DNA of 64,000 nucleotides, from positions 96,001 through 160,000 of the IMG/VR virus record IMGVR_UViG_3300029286_002355. One strand, 5' to 3'. A program made the position numbers and the translations under genes. The notes under the pieces are model-generated. The model had not been told where the DNA came from and made no database searches. It saw only the letters and a program-made list of their open reading frames with translations. The stretch comes from a virus. Positions 1-9,911 of the stretch are shown one piece after another; position 1 is the first letter of the stretch; the number at the start of each line of letters is the position of its first letter.

Positions 1-1014
1 GCTAATCTCTATTAACACTGATTTTTCTTGGAATTCTTTTAGATTATTTGCGCCAGAATAAGAGAATGAAGATTGGAGATTTTCTTTAATCTTTTTCAAC
101 AAATATCTCACATGCCCCCTAAACGGAACCATCTTAACAACTCCCTCTACGAAAGCATGTTTTCCTCCGTTTTCCACTTTTCTTTCCCCGCTAGCCGATC
201 CGCCAAAAACCTTATAAAACTGACCATCGGGACTTTCATAAACGTTTCCGGGGGTTTCTGAAGCTCCTGCTATGAAACTTCCGATCATAACCGCATTAGC
301 ATACTTCATGGCTTTAGCAATATCACCTGTAGTTTTAATACCGCCATCAGAAATCATAACGATATCTGGAATGGCTTGCCGTATATCTCGAATAGCAGAA
401 AGTTGCGGAACTCCAACTCCTGTATTTTTTCTTGTTTGACATGCTTCGCCGGGGCCAATTCCAACCTTGATGATATCCGCCCCCCACTCTCTCAAATCTT
501 TTGCTCCTTGAATAGTGGCAACATTCCCCGCTATGATTGTAACGTTTAGATGATTCCTAATCCTAATCCATTTTATCATATTCTTAACTAAAATGTGGTG
601 ACCCTGAGCAACATCAATACAGAATATTCTTGCTCCTGCCTCGAAAAGTTCATAGAATCTGTGTTTATCATCCTCTTTTACCCCTATAGAAACGCCCACA
701 TGTTTTGCTATTTCGTCATAAGTCATAGCAGGTTCTTCTTCTGAAAATTGATCAAACGTATTACGAAGCAGGTTTACTCCATATGGGTCGTTTGAATCTT
801 GCGGATTTCGAAAACGATGAAGAATTCCCACTCCTCCAGCTCTATACATAGCATGACACATTTTTGGGCCTGTAACATCTTTCATGTTGGCAGATATTAC
901 CGGGAGACTCAACTTAAATTTACCCATATCAGAGCTTAGATCAACACTAGATCGAGACATAACCTCGGAATATTGAGGCTCGAAAAGAACATCGCTAAAC
1001 GTTATTGCAGACAT
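1..1014 (-). CDS. IMP dehydrogenase / GMP reductase (GuaB/GuaC) family protein, no CBS domain; 3' end runs off the window
   Basis: Not in the ORF track. Hand translation from ATG at 1014 (SD AAAGGAG upstream) gives [16 protein letters not shown]...PVISANM...IDVAQGH...IIAGNVAT...[14 protein letters not shown]...SDGGIK, with the catalytic-Cys loop GIGPGxxC. No stop before position 1. guaB versus guaC cannot be decided by eye. Confidence 0.9.
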   Translation of the reverse strand, partial: MSAITFSDVLFEPQYSEVMSRSSVDLSSDMGKFKLSLPVISANMKDVTGPKMCHAMYRAGGVGILHRFRNPQDSNDPYGVNLLRNTFDQFSEEEPAMTYDEIAKHVGVSIGVKEDDKHRFYELFEAGARIFCIDVAQGHHILVKNMIKWIRIRNHLNVTIIAGNVATIQGAKDLREWGADIIKVGIGPGEACQTRKNTGVGVPQLSAIRDIRQAIPDIVMISDGGIKTTGDIAKAMKYANAVMIGSFIAGASETPGNVYESPDGQFYKVFGGSASGERKVENGGKHAFVEGVVKMVPFRGHVRYLLKKIKENLQSSFSYSGANNLKEFQEKSVLIEIS

Positions 1015-1043
1015 AGTTTCTCCTTTGATTTACTTACAGAGAT

Positions 1044-1051
1044 ATTATACA
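1044..1051 (-). promoter_or_regulatory. Extended -10 promoter (TGTATAAT, followed by ATCTCT)
   Basis: CTGTATAATATCTCT on the minus strand in the gap between ORF 1059-2090 and the guaB/C start. Confidence 0.65.
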
Positions 1052-1058
1052 GACAAAA

Positions 1059-2090
1059 TTAAAGTTCCAAGCTACCAATCGTTCCTTTTGCAGGCGATTG
1101 GAAAGCATCTTCTGGCAACTCATTAAGATGTTCTTCTACTGAACGAAGACATTCAACCTCTTTTATTTCATCAATTTCTTTACGTATTCCATTCATCATC
1201 TCGTCGGTAAAAGAACAGTCTTTTTCAATTTTATAGATGAATCCACTCTGGTTGCGCACCGTATTGCCGTTGATTTCTTTGATTAGAAGTCTTGGATCAA
1301 TAAGTTTTTGCTTAAGAACATGGGAAACCCAATCTTTAGGCATAAAATATTCTTCGGAAGAAATAGAAGTAATATATTTAGTTGCAAACTTACTTCCTTT
1401 CCTTTCGATAACTATATCATGCGCTAACATTCCGCTTATTTTTTTACGGTTAGCCTCTTGCTCGCTCTTAGAAGATTCTGCAACGGCACGGAAAATATCC
1501 CTGCATAGACTTAACGGGAAACAAACAATAAATATACGGTTGGGAGAATTACTAGTTCTACTTCCGAACTGCTCTATAAGAAAAACATTAGAAAATAAAC
1601 AAGGTTGCCATCCTTCAGCAGTTACCAACCTGAATAGTTCCATCAATGTTTCTCTGCTTTTAATGCCTTGTTTATCTACAGAGCTTATCCCATCTAAGAT
1701 ATTTATGAAAGTATTTTTGCTATCATTCAGTGAATAGGATAATTCTTTATGTTGTTTTGGTTTATTCAATGGCTTTTCGGCAGGAACTTGACTGGCTAGC
1801 CCCCTTGCTATATTCAGAAACAACGACATATCTCCACGCAGACACTTCATTAGGTCGTTACTGGACATTATTTCGGCTAGATGTAACTCAGGAGAAATGT
1901 AGACTCTTTTACCCCTATATAATCCCCCCATGAGTCTAAATTTACTCGTGGTATCGGGATAAAAAACCAGCATTTTTGATATGGCAGAGCAAGAACCATA
2001 AAGGTCATTCCATAAATCAGAGCAGGTCTTTGGAATGGAAATTTCTTCAATAGTGTTTAAAACAGCTAAGTTGTTTATGTCTTTACTCAT
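1059..2090 (-). CDS. Hypothetical protein, C-terminus ...TIGSLEL
   Basis: 343-aa ORF on the coding strand; no family motif recognised. Confidence 0.7.
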   Translation of the reverse strand: MSKDINNLAVLNTIEEISIPKTCSDLWNDLYGSCSAISKMLVFYPDTTSKFRLMGGLYRGKRVYISPELHLAEIMSSNDLMKCLRGDMSLFLNIARGLASQVPAEKPLNKPKQHKELSYSLNDSKNTFINILDGISSVDKQGIKSRETLMELFRLVTAEGWQPCLFSNVFLIEQFGSRTSNSPNRIFIVCFPLSLCRDIFRAVAESSKSEQEANRKKISGMLAHDIVIERKGSKFATKYITSISSEEYFMPKDWVSHVLKQKLIDPRLLIKEINGNTVRNQSGFIYKIEKDCSFTDEMMNGIRKEIDEIKEVECLRSVEEHLNELPEDAFQSPAKGTIGSLEL

Positions 2091-2106
2091 GATTTCTAAC
2101 GTTGGG

Positions 2107-2907
2107 CTATTGCGATTTTATACTAAGTGCTTCTAGACGGTACATAATATTCTTTACAATCTCTCTTTCTTTGTCTGTTTTGACTTCACTAAATGCATCT
2201 GTAAAGACTTTGGCAAATTCATCCGTTGGTATATTAACGATCTCTCCATTGTTTTTCATTTCTCCAAGAATAGAAGCTTGAAGTTTTAACAAGTTGGTGA
2301 GGACTCCCATTTGTCTAGCGGTTTCCACACTCTTTATCTTTTCAACTTCTGTTATGCTTTCTTCTGTAGTTGGAACGATACTGTTAACCCCCATTAATCT
2401 TTCTGTAATAATAGCATAGCTGGTTGCAATGCGATCCATCGTGGTCAAATTATTGCTAGAAAGCCTCTTAATCCTATTAGCATATTCAACCTTTTGAATT
2501 TCTTTTATAGCCTCATCATAATGAAAAGACATATGGTTTTCAATAACACTTTTAGCTATATTTAATCCCGATTTGTCTTTAAATAGCTTTTGAGCTTCTG
2601 CAAAGTTTTTGTTTTTTAAGAAGTTTTGTTCTATTTCCTCTCTAAATTGGCTGGAGCATAGAATACAAGTTGGCTCATAAAGAACGGAATTGTCGCCAAG
2701 GTTTATTGCCTGAGCAAAAATCTTTTCAACCTTATCCTTTGCCCCACTTGGATTATGTAGGGTTTCTAGGGCTGTTGGAACCGATTCTTGTTTAAGAGGC
2801 TCAATAGATTCGGTTGACTCAATTGATTCATCTAACGGATCATCTTTTTTGCTCATATCAATCCCAATTGCATTATTTTCAGTAACCCGCAAATAGCCAC
2901 TTGACAA
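2107..2907 (-). CDS. Hypothetical protein with CxxC...HxxxH putative Zn site (possibly terminase-small-subunit-like)
   Basis: CILCSS...IENHMSFH followed by a helical region. True start is probably ATG at 2856 (MSKKDD). The function is a guess. Confidence 0.45.
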   Translation of the reverse strand: MSSGYLRVTENNAIGIDMSKKDDPLDESIESTESIEPLKQESVPTALETLHNPSGAKDKVEKIFAQAINLGDNSVLYEPTCILCSSQFREEIEQNFLKNKNFAEAQKLFKDKSGLNIAKSVIENHMSFHYDEAIKEIQKVEYANRIKRLSSNNLTTMDRIATSYAIITERLMGVNSIVPTTEESITEVEKIKSVETARQMGVLTNLLKLQASILGEMKNNGEIVNIPTDEFAKVFTDAFSEVKTDKEREIVKNIMYRLEALSIKSQ

Positions 2908-2992
2908 AATAAGTCATAACAAGGAGCCCAATAGTAAAAATAGTATTTTATGCTTTTCATGTTGGTATTATACATGATTTTGGCATTTGATT

Positions 2993-3250
2993 TTAGATAT
3001 TTTGGACTATATCTTGAGCTATATCCAGAATCAAGTAATGAAGAGTTAGGGGGCGGCTATCAATTAATACACTATAAAAATTTTCTATCTTTTGTTCTGG
3101 TAAATGAAAATTCTTATTCCGTGCATAGATTTGCAAGGCTGTCATAACGTCTTTGGCAACTTCTTTTCTTTGAGAAACCACAATAAGGTCATTAATGTTA
3201 TTAAGAAGGGTCAATACGGAGCGAACTGTTGGAGTAATTGTTTTAGGCAT
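2993..3250 (-). CDS. Hypothetical protein
   Basis: 85-aa ORF in the minus-strand run. Confidence 0.6.
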   Translation of the reverse strand: MPKTITPTVRSVLTLLNNINDLIVVSQRKEVAKDVMTALQIYARNKNFHLPEQKIENFYSVLIDSRPLTLHYLILDIAQDIVQNI

Positions 3251-3273
3251 TTTTATATACCTGTATTGTTTAC

Positions 3274-3705
3274 CTAATCTACTTTTTCTACGCTAATTAA
3301 TCTAAGTTCGCTATTGCTGTCTAAGTTCCCCACAACCTCTTCAGATTTTTCCCATGCTTCGTTTTCGTTGGAAGCAAATATTTTTTTGCCTACATCGTAA
3401 GAACCTAGTACCGTTCCATAGGCGTCTTCAAACTGGAAACTATATTCGTTTAAACCACCACCTTTTTCAACATCTGATTGAACCATCTCGACATAATTCT
3501 TAGCAGCAGCACGTGACAATCCCTCAATAACCAATAACTCTTCGCATTCTTCGGAATCTAGGCCATCTTGTATAAAAATAGCTGTCTTTGCCATCCACTT
3601 TTTATGGTCGGAAATGGCATTTTTGGTTTGTTGACGCAAAGATCTGTATAGACTTTGGACAAACTGACTCTTGCTTAGATCTTCATTTGTAGAACTTATC
3701 TTCAT
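3274..3705 (-). CDS. Hypothetical protein
   Basis: 143-aa ORF in the minus-strand run. Confidence 0.65.
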   Translation of the reverse strand: MKISSTNEDLSKSQFVQSLYRSLRQQTKNAISDHKKWMAKTAIFIQDGLDSEECEELLVIEGLSRAAAKNYVEMVQSDVEKGGGLNEYSFQFEDAYGTVLGSYDVGKKIFASNENEAWEKSEEVVGNLDSNSELRLISVEKVD

Positions 3706-3743
3706 ATTAACATATTCTGCAAACCATATCTTAAATCCTTCTA

Positions 3744-4613
3744 CTATTTGGATTCAGATAGTGGAAAACCAATATCATCATCATCATTATTCTTTGTGAT
3801 ATTGTCATTCTCCTTGTTTGCAGAATCGTTTTTTGAAGATTCTGTGGAAACGGCATCTGTTTTTATCTTACTCTCTTCTAGCTGGTAGTGAATACCATAG
3901 CGTCCGGAAGATGTTTTATCTACCCATTTATTGTCTTCGAAAGTTTTAATTGACATTTTCCCACCACGAGGCGTATAAATATAATCAATAGCTTCATTCC
4001 CACTCCAATATTCTGATTGAATATAGCCCGTAACCTTGTATTGGGTTTCGTTACTTTTACCTTCAAAAACAATATGAATTTCTTTGCCTTTGCTCCCGCT
4101 CTTGATCTTTGCTTCTTTAACTTCTCCTAAGCGATAACATTGAACAGTACGAGAAATAACTTGTTCTAGGTTTTTATTGAGATCGGGCATTTCCAAACCA
4201 GAAACATGATTAAGTGGTTCGAAATCTTCTACTTCTCCACCTGCGATTCGGATACAACTTCCAACCCTACTAATTTGATCGGTTAATACGTTGCCCACTC
4301 CCGAATTTATTCCGCATCCCTCAAACGCCTTGATAAGTTCTTCTCTAACATCATAAAGAGCCAGAAGTATTTTCTCTGCTCCCGCCATGGCAACAGGCTT
4401 ACCATCTTGAGCAACCTGTCTACTGCCCACTCTCGCTACGGTAGCAATATCTCCATGTCCCTCTATTTCTTTGGTTACTTCTTGTACCTTTTGTTCGGAA
4501 GGATTTCCCATATAAGTACGCAATCCCTCTTCCAGTAAATCATCGGTTTTAAGTGGCTCCATTTTTCTACCAACCAATTGCGCCAATATTTCTTGTTCTG
4601 TCATTTCGGGCAT
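3744..4613 (-). CDS. Hypothetical protein
   Basis: 289-aa ORF; AGGAG SD upstream of ATG. Confidence 0.7.
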   Translation of the reverse strand: MPEMTEQEILAQLVGRKMEPLKTDDLLEEGLRTYMGNPSEQKVQEVTKEIEGHGDIATVARVGSRQVAQDGKPVAMAGAEKILLALYDVREELIKAFEGCGINSGVGNVLTDQISRVGSCIRIAGGEVEDFEPLNHVSGLEMPDLNKNLEQVISRTVQCYRLGEVKEAKIKSGSKGKEIHIVFEGKSNETQYKVTGYIQSEYWSGNEAIDYIYTPRGGKMSIKTFEDNKWVDKTSSGRYGIHYQLEESKIKTDAVSTESSKNDSANKENDNITKNNDDDDIGFPLSESK

Positions 4614-4623
4614 ATATTACTCC

Positions 4624-4866
4624 TTATGCATTAATTTCAGTAGTCAAATCATCTACCCCGCAATTAGGGCAACCATTTATCGTTAAAAGTTCAGAAGCTA
4701 CAAAACCACATCCTGCACATTGAACCACATTCGCCCCATAATTTTTTTGATCGGAAATAGCAGCCTCAATAGCTTTTACTCCTGATTCATGGAGGACTCT
4801 TTTAGATGATGTTTTCCCTATGGCCCTCTGTCTTTGAAAAATTGGTATGGCTTCTTGAATATTCAT
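4624..4866 (-). CDS. Small zinc-ribbon protein
   Basis: CAGCG...CPNCG; extended -10 at 4888-4895 upstream. Confidence 0.65.
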   Translation of the reverse strand: MNIQEAIPIFQRQRAIGKTSSKRVLHESGVKAIEAAISDQKNYGANVVQCAGCGFVASELLTINGCPNCGVDDLTTEINA

Positions 4867-4887
4867 TTACCCTTATGTTTCTTTCTT

Positions 4888-4953
4888 ATTATACAATTTC
4901 CTTGAACTTTTAGCACAAAAATATCATTCAGTGGATGGAAATTATTGTATAAT
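4888..4953. promoter_or_regulatory. Divergent promoter pair
   Basis: TGTATAAT on minus (4888-4895) and on plus (4946-4953) between the divergent genes at 4866 and 4974. Confidence 0.6.
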
Positions 4954-4973
4954 GGTGATAATGGATTTGTTAT

Positions 4974-5534
4974 ATGAGCAAACGTAAAAACAGTAAAAAA
5001 AAGCTAGAATCAATTCCGAAGATAAACCGGAGACTATTTAAGCTATGGAGCGAAGCCGTTAGAGATAAAGCCGGAAACAAATGCGAGTTTTGCGGAAAAT
5101 CTAAAAACGAAGACAATGGGCATGGGATAATAAATAAGCTTGATAGCCATCACGTTTTATCTAGAAAAATCAAAGATTGCCCTTTAAAATTCGACATTAG
5201 AAACGGGGTGCTTGTAGACCCATTTCATCATAAATGGGGTATTCCTAGCTTCCACAGAGATCCTGTTACTACAATAACATGGCTTCAAAAAAATAAACCA
5301 GCTAGCTATGAATTTATTCTAAAAAACTCAACAGTTACAGTGGATTTAGACAATAGGTGTGTCTTAGAAGAAATTGAAAAAAGATTAATGGAAAAAGAAG
5401 CTTTAGATATTGATAAGTTGAAAGAAATAGAAGAGAAATTCCCTAGACAGCCAAAGAAAGAACCCACTACCAATATTGCAGATGTCCTAAGAAGAGAAGA
5501 ACCTAAACCTCAAGAGAACCCACAGGAGATGTAG
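4974..5534 (+). CDS. HNH / NinG-like endonuclease
   Basis: LWSEAVRDKAGNKCEFCG...LDSHHVLSRK...DIRNGVLVDPFHH: CxxC plus HNH-type H...N...H pattern. Confidence 0.7.
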   Translation: MSKRKNSKKKLESIPKINRRLFKLWSEAVRDKAGNKCEFCGKSKNEDNGHGIINKLDSHHVLSRKIKDCPLKFDIRNGVLVDPFHHKWGIPSFHRDPVTTITWLQKNKPASYEFILKNSTVTVDLDNRCVLEEIEKRLMEKEALDIDKLKEIEEKFPRQPKKEPTTNIADVLRREEPKPQENPQEM

Positions 5535-5856
5535 GTTCCTGAGTAGAAGAATTACTTATTTCATCATTCGTCCAACCATTCAGTGCATGACCATTGGGAT
5601 CTTTTTCGCTAAAATCTCCGTGTAAAATTACCTTGAGAACTCCGCATCCGCCACTTATAGATTCTATACGAAACACTCCACCATTGTAACAAACTGGCAT
5701 GTTTTTACATATGGATTGGCACTTGTTATGGTTTTCATTTTTACATATGTCATTTATATTGCAGGACAACTTTATGGATGCCGAAAGCACCTTCTGGTTC
5801 TTGGAATATTTCTCATCGTCCAAAACCATACAAGTAAGATCGGCGTAATCATTCAT
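5503..5856 (-). CDS. Hypothetical Cys-rich protein, C-terminus ...PVGSLEV
   Basis: 117-aa ORF with an ATGA overlap with the upstream ORF. Confidence 0.55.
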   Translation of the reverse strand: MNDYADLTCMVLDDEKYSKNQKVLSASIKLSCNINDICKNENHNKCQSICKNMPVCYNGGVFRIESISGGCGVLKVILHGDFSEKDPNGHALNGWTNDEISNSSTQEPTSPVGSLEV

Positions 5857-6308
5857 AGCTCTAACGACCCTATGGTAGATTGATGTTTTAATGCGACTTC
5901 TTCAACCAGTTTTTGCTCTTGTTCTTTTAGTTTTTGCTCTTGTTCTTTCTTGAGTTTTCGTCTTTCTTTTGCTTTTTCTTTAAGAGCGGATATCTTTAAT
6001 GCCTTGGCTGCTTTTTCTTCCTCTATTATTTTTTTAATTGCGCTAGAGTTCAATGGGGCGGAATTGTTTTTAACAATAGCGGTTATTTCAACATCGCAAA
6101 TAGGATGCCCACCAAAAATAACTTTTGCTCCAATATAGCTAACAACAAAAGCATGTCCGTCCCAATCCACTGTATCGCCTACCTGAAAATTATCATAACT
6201 ATAAGCTTGATGGTTTCTTCCCTTTACCGTTATCTTCTTTTCGGTTTCAGAGTATTTTTCTACTTGTTCTGAAGGGGCATGATCAAAAAATATACGTGCC
6301 ATAGCCAT
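5853..6308 (-). CDS. Hypothetical protein, C-terminus ...TIGSLEL
   Basis: 151-aa ORF coupled to holA (TAATG overlap); charged C-terminal helix. Confidence 0.6.
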   Translation of the reverse strand: MAMARIFFDHAPSEQVEKYSETEKKITVKGRNHQAYSYDNFQVGDTVDWDGHAFVVSYIGAKVIFGGHPICDVEITAIVKNNSAPLNSSAIKKIIEEEKAAKALKISALKEKAKERRKLKKEQEQKLKEQEQKLVEEVALKHQSTIGSLEL

Positions 6309-7528
6309 TAAATCATCCTACTAGTTAATGCCGCAACCATTTCCTGCAAATCTTGATTGGGCGTTTCTCCGTATCTTATCTCTTTTAATTTTTTGACAAC
6401 AAATAAATATACTTTCAAGGCCCTATTAAGTACTTTCTGATGTGTTTCACTCTTATTGTATTTGTTTATGTTTGGTTTTACTATCCCCTCTTTAACAAAG
6501 TTGACATATTGTTGTGCTATGAAATCCCAAGGTATTGCTTCTGCTTTACCTTCCTTTTTCTTGCTATCAAAAAATATATCCGGTAAACCCCCACTTTTGA
6601 CCATAACATCTATGCGGTCTTGAAGTAATTTGTTATTCTCAGTCATTTTTCTTTTTTGGGTTGGAGTGAGTTGATAATCATGCCATATATAAGATGGAAA
6701 TTTACCCATAGTAATTATTTTCTTAGCAATGTCATCCCAAGACATTCCCTCGCTCCATAAATGACTTACGACTAGTTGCCATCTAGCTTTTTTCGCCATT
6801 ATTTCCGCCAAGACATTAGGGTTAATTCCAAGATCCAGAAATTCCTGCATCATAATAACCGATTTAGAATAAGTTGTATCCAATACATTACCAAATTTAA
6901 ACAAGACAGCTTCATCGGACGAAGGATAGGTGTTTTCTATCACAAAATTGGATTTTACTTCTTGCGGAGCCGTAATACAGAGTTTCTCCACTTCTGTTTC
7001 TATGACCCCTCTGCTTTTTCCAACTATGGCAATAAACAATTTGGCAGCTTCCGTATCAATGTTTTTACCACGATGTAAAAATTTAGCCTTAACAAAATCT
7101 ATTCCCAATACTTCTTCTTTGTCCGTGAATTCAAATCCATTATTGATAATTTTATGATTGGCGTTCTTTTTCAGTTCATTAATGAATTCACTCCACGTTT
7201 TGTTAAACGCTTTAGTCTTAGGGTCAGGCTTAATAACGTTTTCAGAATCCCATAAGATAAACTTGAGAGAATCGGAAGACGATTTTACAAGATCCAAAAG
7301 AAATTCACGTGCATCCTTATGGTTAGGGATTTCCTTGATTAAAAGAAGTTTCTTTCTGGCAAAGATATCTCTTGTACCTGATTCCAGTCGGATTTTATCA
7401 AAGCTAGATTCTGTGGCCGACAAAACTATCCATTTGAAATCAATATATTTCTTCTTTGCAGAATTAACGTTTTTCTGGCAGAGGTATTTATCCCCTATCA
7501 TTAAAACCGGAGATGGAACGTCACTCAT
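6308..7528 (-). CDS. holA: DNA polymerase III delta subunit-like clamp-loader component
   Basis: DIFARKKLLLIKE and IVGKSRGVIETEVEKL motifs typical of delta; lies directly behind dnaN. Start set at ATG 7528, one base after the dnaN stop. Confidence 0.7.
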   Translation of the reverse strand: MSDVPSPVLMIGDKYLCQKNVNSAKKKYIDFKWIVLSATESSFDKIRLESGTRDIFARKKLLLIKEIPNHKDAREFLLDLVKSSSDSLKFILWDSENVIKPDPKTKAFNKTWSEFINELKKNANHKIINNGFEFTDKEEVLGIDFVKAKFLHRGKNIDTEAAKLFIAIVGKSRGVIETEVEKLCITAPQEVKSNFVIENTYPSSDEAVLFKFGNVLDTTYSKSVIMMQEFLDLGINPNVLAEIMAKKARWQLVVSHLWSEGMSWDDIAKKIITMGKFPSYIWHDYQLTPTQKRKMTENNKLLQDRIDVMVKSGGLPDIFFDSKKKEGKAEAIPWDFIAQQYVNFVKEGIVKPNINKYNKSETHQKVLNRALKVYLFVVKKLKEIRYGETPNQDLQEMVAALTSRMI

Positions 7529-7529
7529 A

Positions 7530-8834
7530 TTATTCGGCTTTTGAGGAATCGTACTTGTGTTTCTCAACAGACATGGTTACATAGATTAATTTTTCATCTA
7601 TTTTTCCGCATATCTTAACGCTATCGGGAACGCCCAACGGAACCATAAACCGTGTTTCGCTGTCTTCTATACTACCCAAAATATCTATGATATGTTGAAT
7701 ATTCCATACGATCTTGCAATCCTTCTTGCAATCATTGACTGGGATAGCTGTTACCATGGGAGACTTTCCGCATTCAGAAACAGCATAAATAGAAGCTTGA
7801 TCAACTCCCTTTTTGAAGGAAAACAAAACCGCTTCTTTGTTAACCATGAGTAAAGATTCTAATCGAACCTTGAGAAGTTTTGTATCCGTTCCGCAAAGAG
7901 GTTCATATTTTTTGTTGAGAACCAAAGTAACAGGAGGTATCTTGTTGAATTTATCCCTGTCTGAAGCCGTTATTCTAGCAATTGTATTGGTTTGCTCGAC
8001 AAAGACTTTGTTCGATTTGGAATCATAAAAGACAGAAACCTTACCTAAGGGATCACAAACTTTAATGAAATCTTGGAACAAGTCGGCATTAATTACCACA
8101 TTAAAATTGTCCTTGGGTTTTTCTTCGCCAACAGGAGCCTCGTCCAAAGTAATATCTTCTGCTTCGGTTACGGCATACGTTGCTATCCGTGCCATATCTG
8201 TGGTTATCATATAAAGCTTACCCGACTTTTGCTGAAAAGATACCCCATCATAAACATGCTCATAATCTTTCTTTAGGGTTGCAGAAATGATGTTTTGTAT
8301 TCCCTTTTCCAGTTGTGCGGTTGGGGCGGTAAACAAGGCTTTGCTCTCTGGTTTGAAAACAGAAACAGGTAATGGTTCAGTAGAATAACTGTCCAAAGCC
8401 CACTTGATTCCTGTCTTGGTAAAATCTCTAGAAACTATTTTGACATCTCCTAGCTTTTTAATAGTATTCTTGTCAGATTTACCTTCTTCTACAGGCGTAA
8501 CAATTTCAGGTTTAGCTAAAGGCGTATAAGATAGACCAATACGAGATTCGCCTTGCTTTTTAATCCAGTCGTAGAGATCTTTTGCGGCAACTGTAATTTC
8601 TCCTGTCTCTTTAACCTCAATTCCACTATCTTTGGTAATAGGGAGGGTATGACGCACAGCCATAAGTTTTGTAGCCGATTCAAAAACAACAGATTTCTCA
8701 TTAGCCTTGATAGTTACCGCTTTTAAAAGGACAGAGATATTGCTAGTATCGGCCTGAGCTTCTTCTGACAAAGCGGCCAATGCTCCACGATCCAATGCTT
8801 CCAACAGTGTTTTTTGATTTATGCCTAGTTTCAT
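7530..8834 (-). CDS. dnaN: DNA polymerase III beta sliding clamp (divergent, with insertions)
   Basis: MKLGINQKTLLEAL..., YDGVSF...MITTDMARIA pattern of beta clamps; sits between holA and dnaX. Confidence 0.8.
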   Translation of the reverse strand: MKLGINQKTLLEALDRGALAALSEEAQADTSNISVLLKAVTIKANEKSVVFESATKLMAVRHTLPITKDSGIEVKETGEITVAAKDLYDWIKKQGESRIGLSYTPLAKPEIVTPVEEGKSDKNTIKKLGDVKIVSRDFTKTGIKWALDSYSTEPLPVSVFKPESKALFTAPTAQLEKGIQNIISATLKKDYEHVYDGVSFQQKSGKLYMITTDMARIATYAVTEAEDITLDEAPVGEEKPKDNFNVVINADLFQDFIKVCDPLGKVSVFYDSKSNKVFVEQTNTIARITASDRDKFNKIPPVTLVLNKKYEPLCGTDTKLLKVRLESLLMVNKEAVLFSFKKGVDQASIYAVSECGKSPMVTAIPVNDCKKDCKIVWNIQHIIDILGSIEDSETRFMVPLGVPDSVKICGKIDEKLIYVTMSVEKHKYDSSKAE

Positions 8835-8874
8835 TTTTGCTCCTTTGTTATTTCTACTTTGTTTTTTCAGAGAT

Positions 8875-8882
8875 ATTATACA
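8875..8882 (-). promoter_or_regulatory. Extended -10 promoter upstream of dnaN
   Basis: CTGTATAATATCTCTG, matching the motif at 1044. Confidence 0.65.
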
Positions 8883-8888
8883 GCGAAA

Positions 8889-9860
8889 TCAATAAATAAA
8901 AATAGGAATTTCTTCTACTTTACCTATTCTTTTTAGTTGTTTCGCTTTTCTTCTTATTCTAACCAATGCATTATCTACGGCTTTAGTTGGATATCTATGT
9001 CTATATTTCTTAGACAAATTACCCGCAATTTCGTTGTATGATGAACTGGTTAAAAACTCATTAAGAACCTTCTTTTCAAACTCGGACAGTTGTTTTGCCA
9101 ATGTATCGAGTGTTACCTCATAAGCTTCTTTGCCCTCTGTTATTTTGACTACTGTTGCTTTCTCGTCAGGAAGTATATTGGCAAACGTATTATTATTAGA
9201 ATCGTTCCCCCTATTAACAGGGCAACTATCAATCGAAACCGCTTTGTTAATCGATTGATCTTTTTGTCTATTTTTCGAAGCATTCAAAATGGTAATTAGA
9301 TGTCTGCGTATACACATCTTTGCAAAGTTAAGAAAACTCATACCTTTACCTTTTTTGAATCCCGGTATTGATTTAAACCGTAAAGCTATCAACGACTCTT
9401 GGTATACGTCAACCGTTTGCAATCCTTTTATATATGGAAATTGTTTAAGTGCTATATTAATTAGATACCCATGAATATAAAGATGAATTCTATCGAACTG
9501 TTTTTTACTTTCTATGGTGTCTGGATTTTTTTTGATTCCAATAGCAATATTGTCTAATTTTTTTTGAACTTGCTTTGGAGTTCCTATCAATGGATCATGA
9601 ACTATTGGTAGTTTGAAAAGAATATCCTCTACAACAGAAGACTTCCTTCCAAACGATTCAATCTCAATTTCTGAATCTTCTATTTCTTCAATTTCTACTA
9701 ACGCTGTATCAATGCCCTTAATCTCTCCGATACTGGGAGAATCGACATCCATATTTTTACATAAGGCAAGTTCAGCCTCTTTGACTTTCTCTTTTTGACT
9801 CTTAACTCTTTTGACTGCTTTAACTACTTTTGACCTAAATTGATTTTTCTCTACTATCAT
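8889..9860 (-). CDS. RNA polymerase sigma factor, SigH-like, with long N-terminal extension
   Basis: Region 2 DVYQESLIAL...SFLNFAKMCIRRHLITIL; region 4 LSEFEKKVL...SYNEIA...KAVDNALVRIRRK, typical of the sigma-H group. Start placed at MIVEK (9860). Confidence 0.8.
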   Translation of the reverse strand: MIVEKNQFRSKVVKAVKRVKSQKEKVKEAELALCKNMDVDSPSIGEIKGIDTALVEIEEIEDSEIEIESFGRKSSVVEDILFKLPIVHDPLIGTPKQVQKKLDNIAIGIKKNPDTIESKKQFDRIHLYIHGYLINIALKQFPYIKGLQTVDVYQESLIALRFKSIPGFKKGKGMSFLNFAKMCIRRHLITILNASKNRQKDQSINKAVSIDSCPVNRGNDSNNNTFANILPDEKATVVKITEGKEAYEVTLDTLAKQLSEFEKKVLNEFLTSSSYNEIAGNLSKKYRHRYPTKAVDNALVRIRRKAKQLKRIGKVEEIPIFIY

Positions 9861-9911
9861 TCCCTTTAATCTCCCTTTATTGGGGGATCGGGGAATCCTC
9901 AAAGTTTCATA

